Source: Candidatus Dojkabacteria bacterium (lineage in GTDB: Bacteria; Patescibacteriota; Dojkabacteria; SC72; JAHDCA01). From it: a stretch of 45,671 nt of DNA. Position numbers and translations under genes: made by a program. Below are positions 38,415 through 45,671 of the stretch, piece by piece (position 1 is the first letter of the stretch; every line of letters begins with the position of its first letter). Below the pieces are notes generated by a model. The model was not told where the DNA came from. It worked only from the letters and a program-made list of their open reading frames with translations, and made no database searches. Location: positions 2,604 through 48,274 of the forward strand of contig JALWDW010000012.1 of assembly GCA_027036675.1 (NCBI GenBank). The letters run 5' to 3'.

Positions 38415-39470
38415 CTATTTTGACGAGTTATACAACCTCCAACACGCGGGAAATTGCCCGGCGGATGCTCCTCGTCTGTAGATATCCAAAGCCAGAGTTA
38501 TCTGTTCGTTTCCGTCAAATATGTCGTGGCCACCATAATTGGTGAAGGTGGTCTTGTTGAACTGGAACAAGCCGAAATACTTGCCGGTGCGGTTTATCGC
38601 TGCATTGTTGCAATGCGATTCGCAACGACTCAAGAAATGAAGGAAATCACGCGCTCCGGGGTCAGTGGTGGCAGAGTCTATGGCTTCATCCCATTTGGCG
38701 CAAGCCGCGCTGGGTGGGTATGTGGGCCTGACAACCTTCGTACCGATCTCGATGATTGTGGGTTCCGCCTTTTGCAATACTTTGGTCGACACAAGTTCAC
38801 GATCGACTTCTTCACCGTCCTTTGCGGTGATGCGAAACGTTTTTTCCAAAAGACCCTCAGATCCCGACGATAAGACAGTTCGCGTTCCTTTTGGCTTCTG
38901 CGGATTTTCTATTATATTTTCCGGTGAGGCGATCGGTTCCGTGACCGTCCGAATGGTGATGGTGATACGAGACACTTCGATCGAAATACTGTTTGTATCG
39001 ACCTCTTCCGTCGCGTTTATTTGGTCGATTTCATTGATTTCATAGCCCAATTGCTTCAGAAGTCTGCGATAGCCCATGTGTTTGGGTGGATAAGCAAGAT
39101 GTGTGTGCATTTGTCCGTCGATCAGTATATGCACGATTTTTGGCGGTAGTAACCCTTTGTCGCCGATTTCGTCAAAAATATCCGGTGCATGAGTCGCGCT
39201 GACATGTTGTATGTCAATATTCCGTGCCAAAACGGAAGTTCCGATACGTACGCGACGCTTAATCTGAGCATGCATTATGCTTAAGCCCACCGCTGCAAGC
39301 GCGACAGTTAACAAAACGACAACCGATATTCGGGGAAATTTCACCAAGTTTTGATAAAATATGTTATTCTCACGGGGTTTCTTGACTTCTTTGCGAGTCA
39401 AGAACTGCGAGACATTGCATTTTAGTAAAAGATATAAATTTTGTAAAGACTTGAGTTTGCATATGCGCAA
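38415..39470 (-). CDS. G5-domain protein with C-terminal Rpf/lysozyme-like lytic transglycosylase
   Basis: TM helix and G5 domain (PKGTRTVLSSGSEG..IIEIGTK). CESHCNNAAIN..GKYFGLFQF..TF carries the catalytic Glu. True start is probably downstream of 39470. Confidence 0.8.
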   Translation of the reverse strand: MRICKLKSLQNLYLLLKCNVSQFLTRKEVKKPRENNIFYQNLVKFPRISVVVLLTVALAAVGLSIMHAQIKRRVRIGTSVLARNIDIQHVSATHAPDIFDEIGDKGLLPPKIVHILIDGQMHTHLAYPPKHMGYRRLLKQLGYEINEIDQINATEEVDTNSISIEVSRITITIRTVTEPIASPENIIENPQKPKGTRTVLSSGSEGLLEKTFRITAKDGEEVDRELVSTKVLQKAEPTIIEIGTKVVRPTYPPSAACAKWDEAIDSATTDPGARDFLHFLSRCESHCNNAAINRTGKYFGLFQFNKTTFTNYGGHDIFDGNEQITLALDIYRRGASAGQFPACWRLYNSSK

Positions 39471-39512
39471 ATGTAATATACACCACTATATTATTTACAT
39501 ATTACATTTCTT

Positions 39513-40355
39513 TTGACGGTGAACGCAAAGATTTCGAATTTGGCGCGAGTGGTATTTGGAATTCTCCTCGTAATAGCTGGTGGGTATATTTCCGGGCAAC
39601 TGACCATATGGGCTGTGCGCACGGTTAGGCGTCACGAGTATGCGTCAGGATATGTCGCGCAAGCGGTACAATCCAGAGAGCGCGGGGATCTGTTGCAATC
39701 TTACAATGCGTATGAAGCTGCCTCATACTTCGAGCCGGAAAACGGAGAAATAATCTCACAAGAGGTCGGGGTGGCGTTGGAGGCCGGTGCCACGCGCGAT
39801 GCCGTGTCGGTGATGGAACGTAAGTATGGGCAACTTCCCCCCGAGCAATATGCGCAGCTTGCGACATCGGTGGCGGATGCGTTGCTCGATGTTGGCGATT
39901 ATCAACAAGCCGGACGTTTTTACGAAAAGGCTATGGATGCGAATGACACAGTGGAAAATAAATTAAAACTCCTGAACTTTTATTTGCTCTCCGGAAATAT
40001 TGATGCTTACCAGGAAGCGATGTCTGCAGATGGCGATCTGATCCGACCGGATATGAACATATACCGGATAAATGACATTTTGAACAAAGACGAATACACG
40101 GACCCGGCGGAGCTTTTGAACGATGTGAGATCAGTATTTGCAGATGGATATATCCTTTTGGCTGGGTATATCCTGAATGATAACGAAGCGAATTTCCCCG
40201 AATTGCGAAAAAGGTGGGATTATTGGTTTTACAAAGCGTGGGTTGCGTACTATGAAGATGACCCCGATAAAGCGTCAGAGTATCTGAAATCGGCCGAATA
40301 TTATGGTGGCTCCGGAAGTGGCATTGTACTTTTACACGATAGTTTGGAAACTTGA
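39513..40355 (+). CDS. Membrane-anchored TPR-like protein
   Basis: N-terminal TM and helical repeats such as GDYQQAGRFYEKAMD and AYEAASYFEPEN. Confidence 0.7.
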   Translation: MTVNAKISNLARVVFGILLVIAGGYISGQLTIWAVRTVRRHEYASGYVAQAVQSRERGDLLQSYNAYEAASYFEPENGEIISQEVGVALEAGATRDAVSVMERKYGQLPPEQYAQLATSVADALLDVGDYQQAGRFYEKAMDANDTVENKLKLLNFYLLSGNIDAYQEAMSADGDLIRPDMNIYRINDILNKDEYTDPAELLNDVRSVFADGYILLAGYILNDNEANFPELRKRWDYWFYKAWVAYYEDDPDKASEYLKSAEYYGGSGSGIVLLHDSLET

Positions 40356-40426
40356 AAATAGAGTAATCACAAAACTCGGATTGTCTTTGAAATTGGACTT
40401 ATGTATCCGATATGCCTCTGATTTTC

Positions 40427-40455
40427 TTGCTTGCGTGAAACGGTTGATATATAAT
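40427..40455 (+). promoter_or_regulatory. Putative sigma70 promoter for fusA
   Basis: TTGCTT-17 bp-TATAAT. Confidence 0.55.
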
Positions 40456-40520
40456 CCCCACGTATTAGGTGGTACTACCCCTTCTCCAAAGTAGTAAGTT
40501 AAAATATTTATATCTAAAAA

Positions 40521-42614
40521 ATGGCGAAAATATCCTACGACGTTAAATTCGATTTAAAGAATATCCGCAATATCGGTATCATTGCGCATATCGATGCGGG
40601 GAAGACTACTACGACGGAGAGACTTTTGTATTTCACAGGGCAGGTACATAAGATTGGTGAAGTGCATGACGGCGAAGCGGTGACGGACTTCATGGATCAG
40701 GAGCGAGAGAGAGGTATTACCATCATGTCCGCAGCGGTAACCGCTTTTTGGGACTATAACGGCGAGAAGTATCGTATAAACATCATAGACACGCCGGGAC
40801 ATGTGGATTTCACTGCTGAAGTGGAAAGATCATTGCGGGTGCTGGACGGAGCTGTAGTTATACTGGACGGTAAGATGGGGGTTGAACCGCAATCCGAGAC
40901 GGTATGGAGGCAGGCTGACAAATACGAAGTTCCCAGAGTATTTTTTGTGAACAAATTGAATCTTCTCGGTGGCGACTTTGAGATGTCGTTGCAATCGATC
41001 AAAGATAGATTGACGCCAAATGCTGTTGCGATCACCTTGCCAATCGGACGTGAGAGTGAATTGCGAGGTCTCGTCGATCTTCTTAAGATGAAGGCCTATA
41101 CGTATGACTCGATAGAAGCTACGGAGGCCAAGGAGGAAGAAATTCCCGAAGACATGAAGGAAATGGCGGAGCAATATAGACACCAGCTGATAGAGAAATT
41201 GGTAGAGCAAGATGATGCGTTGATGGAAAAGTATCTGTCCGGTGAAGAGCCGACGTACGATGAGTTGATCTCTGCCATGCGCAAAGGTACCCTCGCCAGA
41301 AAGCTTTTCCCTGTGATGGGAGGTGATTCGCGGACAGTCATCTCAAAGAAAATTCTCGACTTGGTGGTACAAGCGTTACCTTCTCCCGTGGATATCAAAG
41401 CGATGGTCGGTGTGGGACCGGATGGTACGGAAGAAGAAAGGAAGCCGAGTGAAGATGAACCGTTTGCCGCGTTGGTATTCAAGATAGTCAATGACCCACA
41501 TATAGGTACTCTCTCATATTTCCGTATATACTCGGGTAAGATCAATGCCGGTTCGTATGTGTACAACTCCACCAAAGGGATCAAGGAACGAGTCAGCCGA
41601 CTGGTATTGATGCATGCGGACGACCGTGAAGAGGTTCAGTCATTGCGAGCCGGAGACATCGGTGCGATAGTCGGCTTGAAGGATACCGTGACAGGCGAAA
41701 CATTGTGCGATATCAATCATAAAATCATCTTGGAGCAAATCGAATTTGCTGAGCCTGTTGTTCGTCAAGCCATCGAACCCAAAACAAAGTCAGACGAAGA
41801 AAAATTGTCCATCGCCTTGGGTAAGCTGATGAAGGAAGATCCAATATTCAAAGCCGAATCCGACAATGAGACTGGGCAGACTATCATTTCGGGTATGGGT
41901 GAGCTCCATCTTGAAATTATGGTAGATAGATTGCGTAGAGAATACGGAGTCGATGTGATCGTTGGTAAACCGCAAGTCGCGTATCGTGAGACTGTGAAGG
42001 CGACAGGTCAAGCGGAAAACAAATATATCAAGCAGTCCGGAGGTCGAGGGCAATACGGACATTGTTGGATTCGTGTCGAACCAAATGAAACTGGGAAAGG
42101 TTTTGAGTTTATCAACGAAATCAAAGGAGGCGCTATCCCGCGCGAGTATATACCCGCGATTGAGAAAGGTGTCAAGGAAGCTATGCAGTCCGGAGTCATC
42201 GCCGGTTATCCGATGGTTGATATCAAGGCTGCCGTATATGATGGTTCTTATCACGAAGTTGACTCCAGTGAGGCTGCTTTTAAGATGTCGGCCATATTTG
42301 CCTTCAAGGATGCTGTCAAACAGGCGAACCCGATACTTTTGGAGCCGATAATGAAGGTTGAAGTGACCACACCCACCGAATACTTGGGGGATATCACCGC
42401 ATCGTTGAGTAGTAAACGTGGTGAAATTCAAGGGACCGAAACCCAAGGTTCGGTGCAGATAGTCACTGCGTTTGTGCCGTTGGCGGCTCTTTTTGGATAC
42501 ACGACTGAGGTGCGTTCTATCACGAGTGGACGTGGCGCTCCTTCAGTAGAATTCAGTCATTATGCAGAAGTCCCTAAAGGAATAGTGGCGGAAATTGTAA
42601 GCGAAAGGTCTTAA
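40521..42614 (+). CDS. fusA: Elongation factor G
   Basis: RNIGIIAHIDAGKTTTTER, ERGITI, DTPGHVDF, GMGELHLEI, KQSGGRGQYGH and YHEVDSSE motifs. Confidence 0.99.
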   Translation: MAKISYDVKFDLKNIRNIGIIAHIDAGKTTTTERLLYFTGQVHKIGEVHDGEAVTDFMDQERERGITIMSAAVTAFWDYNGEKYRINIIDTPGHVDFTAEVERSLRVLDGAVVILDGKMGVEPQSETVWRQADKYEVPRVFFVNKLNLLGGDFEMSLQSIKDRLTPNAVAITLPIGRESELRGLVDLLKMKAYTYDSIEATEAKEEEIPEDMKEMAEQYRHQLIEKLVEQDDALMEKYLSGEEPTYDELISAMRKGTLARKLFPVMGGDSRTVISKKILDLVVQALPSPVDIKAMVGVGPDGTEEERKPSEDEPFAALVFKIVNDPHIGTLSYFRIYSGKINAGSYVYNSTKGIKERVSRLVLMHADDREEVQSLRAGDIGAIVGLKDTVTGETLCDINHKIILEQIEFAEPVVRQAIEPKTKSDEEKLSIALGKLMKEDPIFKAESDNETGQTIISGMGELHLEIMVDRLRREYGVDVIVGKPQVAYRETVKATGQAENKYIKQSGGRGQYGHCWIRVEPNETGKGFEFINEIKGGAIPREYIPAIEKGVKEAMQSGVIAGYPMVDIKAAVYDGSYHEVDSSEAAFKMSAIFAFKDAVKQANPILLEPIMKVEVTTPTEYLGDITASLSSKRGEIQGTETQGSVQIVTAFVPLAALFGYTTEVRSITSGRGAPSVEFSHYAEVPKGIVAEIVSERS

Positions 42615-42628
42615 GGACTTAAAAACAC

Positions 42629-42657
42629 TTGCGATTTACGAATTCTTTTGATAATAT
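42629..42657 (+). promoter_or_regulatory. Putative internal promoter for tuf
   Basis: TTGCGA-17 bp-TAATAT with an extended -10 TG. Confidence 0.45.
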
Positions 42658-42729
42658 TCAGCGAGTTTGGGTCGAACTACTGCTTCGTCCTACGCTGTAG
42701 ACTAATTTAAATTTAAATACATAAAAATT

Positions 42730-43899
42730 ATGGCAGATACATATGATCGTTCCAAGCCTCATGTAAATATTGGGACGTTGGGGCATGTTGACCATGGTAA
42801 GACAACTCTTCTCCGTGGTATATTGAATGTCTTCTCTCCCGATCCGGAGGTGATGATTGATAAGTTGGATAAGGATCCTGAATCAAGGGCAAAAAGCATC
42901 ACGATCGCCGTTGCTCATGTAGAGATTGAAACAGATAATCGACACTATGCTATTGTAGATTGCCCGGGACACAAGGATTATATTAAGAACATGATCACAG
43001 GTGCGGCGCAAATGGATGGTGCGATACTAGTTGTATCATCTTCAGACGGGGCTATGCCTCAAACCAAAGAGCACTTGTTGTTGGCTAGGCAGGTAGGCGT
43101 CGAAAAATTAGTAGTAGCGATCAATAAATTTGGCGAAGTTGATCCGGAAATGATGGAGTTGATCAAGATGGATATCCAGGGGCTCCTGGAGAAATACGGC
43201 TATGACGCCGACTCGCCGATCGTAGAAGTGAATGCGTTGGATGCTCAGAACAAGGTTGAGGCTGCGTTGGAAGAGGTTAAACAATTGATGGCAGCTGTGG
43301 ATGAGTGGATCCCTGTTCCTGAGAGACCGATCGATCAGCCATTTTTGATGCCTGTCGAGGATGTGTTTAGTATTGAAGGGCGTGGGACTGTCGCTACCGG
43401 AAGGATCGAGCGAGGTGTAATCAAGGTGGGTGAAGAAGTTGATGTCTTGGGAATGAACTTGAAGCCGAACAAGACTACTGTAACCGGTGTTGAGATGTTC
43501 AATAAGGCTATGGAGGAAGGCCAGGCTGGAGACAATGCAGGTATCCTGCTTCGAGGGTTCAAGAGGTCCGATGTTGTTCGCGGACAAGTGTTGTCTGCGC
43601 CGGGCTCTGTTGAGACTCATAGCGCATTTAAGGCTGAGGTCTATATATTGAGTAAAGAAGAAGGTGGGCGGCACACACCGTTTGTAACCGGGTACAAGCC
43701 TCAGTTCTATATCAGGACCGCTGATGTGACTGGTGAGGTCAAGCTCCCCGATGGTGTGGAGATGGTGATGCCTGGCGACAACGTAACCATCGACATCGAA
43801 CTTATTATGCCTGTGGTTATTGAAAAAGGTATGAGGTTTGCTATCCGTGAAGGTGGTATGACGGTAGGAAATGGTGTTGTATTGGAGATTGTTAAATAA
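42730..43899 (+). CDS. tuf: Elongation factor Tu (divergent G domain)
   Basis: [60 protein letters not shown] and FAIREGG motifs. Lies between fusA and rpsJ. Confidence 0.98.
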   Translation: MADTYDRSKPHVNIGTLGHVDHGKTTLLRGILNVFSPDPEVMIDKLDKDPESRAKSITIAVAHVEIETDNRHYAIVDCPGHKDYIKNMITGAAQMDGAILVVSSSDGAMPQTKEHLLLARQVGVEKLVVAINKFGEVDPEMMELIKMDIQGLLEKYGYDADSPIVEVNALDAQNKVEAALEEVKQLMAAVDEWIPVPERPIDQPFLMPVEDVFSIEGRGTVATGRIERGVIKVGEEVDVLGMNLKPNKTTVTGVEMFNKAMEEGQAGDNAGILLRGFKRSDVVRGQVLSAPGSVETHSAFKAEVYILSKEEGGRHTPFVTGYKPQFYIRTADVTGEVKLPDGVEMVMPGDNVTIDIELIMPVVIEKGMRFAIREGGMTVGNGVVLEIVK

Positions 43900-43918
43900 G
43901 TATGGGTAAGTAGAGCAG

Positions 43919-44236
43919 ATGTCGATGAGGATTAGGGTTACAATCAAAGGATATGACTCAAATGTGGTGGAGACATCTGCCGTGAGTATATTGCGGACGG
44001 CTGTGGGTACGGGTGCCAAGGTTGTTGGTCCCGTCCCACTGCCGAATCGTCGCACCCTTATGGCTGTCAACAGATCACCGCATATTTACAAGACATCGAT
44101 GGAACATTTTGAAGTTCGTACACATAAGCGTCTGATTGATATTATCGATCCGACTGCTAGTACGATTGACTCGTTGCAACATTTGCAATTACCCACCGGT
44201 GTGCAGATATCTATAAAACAGACTACAGCTTCATAA
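43919..44236 (+). CDS. rpsJ: 30S ribosomal protein S10
   Basis: GPVPLP, RSPHIYK.SMEHFEVRTHKRLIDI and LPTGV motifs. Confidence 0.98.
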   Translation: MSMRIRVTIKGYDSNVVETSAVSILRTAVGTGAKVVGPVPLPNRRTLMAVNRSPHIYKTSMEHFEVRTHKRLIDIIDPTASTIDSLQHLQLPTGVQISIKQTTAS

Positions 44237-44240
44237 GATC

Positions 44241-44831
44241 ATGGCACAGGCGATAGGTATTAAACAAATGATGACGACGGTCTTTGATGAAAACGGTACT
44301 GCAATACCCGTGACAGTGATCGACTTTTCCGAGACGGTTATTGTGTCCAAGGAAGAAGGTAAGTCCATGCTTGGTGTGGGTAAACGAAAGAAATCTACGC
44401 GAGCGCTTGAAGGTGTCTACAAAGGGTTGGGGTATGTGCCGAAGTATGTAAAGGAAGTAAAAATCACCGAGGGTGAAGAGTTGCCGGGTGTTGGTGAGGT
44501 ATTCCCTGTTGATGTCTTTCAAGATGGTGATATTGTTGCCGTTCAAGGTACTTCTAAGGGTAAAGGTTTTGCCGGCGTTGTGAAACGATGGGGTTTTGCA
44601 GGTGGGTGTGCTTCACATGGACAATCCGATAGATTGCGAGCGCCGGGTTCCATTGGTGCGGGTACGACCCCAGGTCGGGTGTTCAAAGGTAAGAAGATGG
44701 CCGGGCGTAAGGGCGGAGAAACTTGTACTGTAAAGAATTTGCGCGTGGTAGGTGTCGGTGATGATTATATCTTGGTATCCGGCTCGGTACCGGGTTCGAG
44801 TGGTTCGTATGTTGTAGTAACGAAACAATAA
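44241..44831 (+). CDS. rplC: 50S ribosomal protein L3
   Basis: IPVTVI, SKGKGFAGVVKRWGF, RAPGSIG and PGRVFKGKKMAG motifs. Confidence 0.98.
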   Translation: MAQAIGIKQMMTTVFDENGTAIPVTVIDFSETVIVSKEEGKSMLGVGKRKKSTRALEGVYKGLGYVPKYVKEVKITEGEELPGVGEVFPVDVFQDGDIVAVQGTSKGKGFAGVVKRWGFAGGCASHGQSDRLRAPGSIGAGTTPGRVFKGKKMAGRKGGETCTVKNLRVVGVGDDYILVSGSVPGSSGSYVVVTKQ

Positions 44832-44836
44832 GTATT

Positions 44837-45478
44837 ATGAAACTGAAACTTGTAGATTTACAATTGAACGAAGTCACTGGGGATGTAAATTTGAGCGAAG
44901 CCGTGTTTGGAGCTCGATTCGATTCCGATCTGGTAGCGCAAGTATATCAGGTGTATATGACCAATCAGCGTGTGGCCGGGGCTTCTCCCAAGACCAGGGC
45001 TCAGGTACGTGGCGGTGGTCGGAAACCGTGGGCTCAAAAAGGTACGGGGCGTGCAAGAGCTGGGTCTATAAGGTCCCCTCTGTTTAGAGGTGGTGGTGTT
45101 GTATTTGGGCCAGCGGGTCGGGTGTGGAAATCGAAGGTTAATAAGAAAATGAAAAAATCGGCAATCAGAAGCGTACTATCCAAACATCTTGCAGACGGTA
45201 CACTTTTGGCTGTGGTTGTAACGGATGATGGGGATAAGACGACTTCCCTTGCAAAGGCTGTAAGGAAATTTGTGGAAAAAATACGAGGTGATAAACATAT
45301 TGAAGGTCGCTTGGTCACGTTTGTTACGGATAACCCTGACGTTCGTTTGGGGCTGAGGAACATGCAAAATCTCAACCTGGCGTCATCTGACGGTGTGAAT
45401 ATCTACGATGTGCTTTCACCTGCTATTCTTATCTTTGACAAAGAAGCCTTGGTTAAAATAAATGAGAAACTGGCATGA
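44837..45478 (+). CDS. rplD: 50S ribosomal protein L4
   Basis: KTRAQVRGGGRKPWAQKGTGRARAGSIRSPLFRGGGVVFGP. Confidence 0.98.
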   Translation: MKLKLVDLQLNEVTGDVNLSEAVFGARFDSDLVAQVYQVYMTNQRVAGASPKTRAQVRGGGRKPWAQKGTGRARAGSIRSPLFRGGGVVFGPAGRVWKSKVNKKMKKSAIRSVLSKHLADGTLLAVVVTDDGDKTTSLAKAVRKFVEKIRGDKHIEGRLVTFVTDNPDVRLGLRNMQNLNLASSDGVNIYDVLSPAILIFDKEALVKINEKLA

Positions 45479-45671
45479 GTGATGCAAAAAAATCGGGTAT
45501 TCTAAACTCTCCAGAATATAAAAATGAATACAATAAACTCTTAAACAGAATTAAAAAAGAGTTAGCTATTCAAGTATGGCAGAAAAAACTTCTTGACAGC
45601 ATTAAAATTTCGAACAAAGAACTTAAAGATTACTATAACAAGAACAAAGCTGAATTTCAAGAAAAAGAGGC
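45475..45671 (+). other. Open frame resembling the N-domain of a PEB4/PrsA-type parvulin foldase; probable chimeric contig end
   Basis: Translates MSDAKKSGILNSPEYKNEYNKLLNRIKKELAIQVWQKKLLDSIKISNKELKDYYNKNKAEF, which is not L23-like. GC is 54/191 (28%) over 45481-45671. Confidence 0.6.

Noticed and set aside
2913-44070. Long antisense ORFs over nusA/infB (316 aa), pnp (287 aa), fusA (218 aa) and tuf (320 aa)
   Set aside because: They lie antisense to conserved genes and show no recognisable motifs, as expected from codon bias.

Overview
Bacterial chromosome segment with hallmarks of Patescibacteria/CPR, plausibly Dojkabacteria (inference). These hallmarks are a short IF2 without its N-domain, no rimP or rbfA next to nusA-infB, no Shine-Dalgarno motifs, a degenerate DHH-like gene after infB, and large orphan surface proteins. 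Left housekeeping block: nusA-infB-DHH-like-rpsO-pnp, followed by mpg and an RsmB/RsmF-type methyltransferase on the minus strand. Right housekeeping block: pcrA, a G5/Rpf-like gene, a TPR gene, fusA-tuf-rpsJ-rplC-rplD. Between them lies a ~24 kb all-plus-strand envelope/host-interaction cluster: a small helical protein, a 2469-aa protein with glycine-zipper segments and an EF-hand, a Cys-rich mosaic FN3 surface protein, an FN3 protein with (GGGNN)x14 and an LPxTG-like sorting signal, a VirB6/TrbL-like membrane protein, a 1424-aa coiled-coil/TM/M23 protein, and a PGRP-like/SH3 protein. Most striking: both elongation GTPases have lost the guanine-specifying G4 aspartate and the G5 SA motif (EF-G NKLN/GGDSR; EF-Tu NKFG/VNAL), while IF2 keeps them. 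Two ORF-free intergenic regions carry structure: an inverted-repeat-bounded 489-bp element and a 6S-like rod. The last ~190 bp look like foreign DNA from a chimeric join. All calls come from reading motifs by eye; no searches were run.
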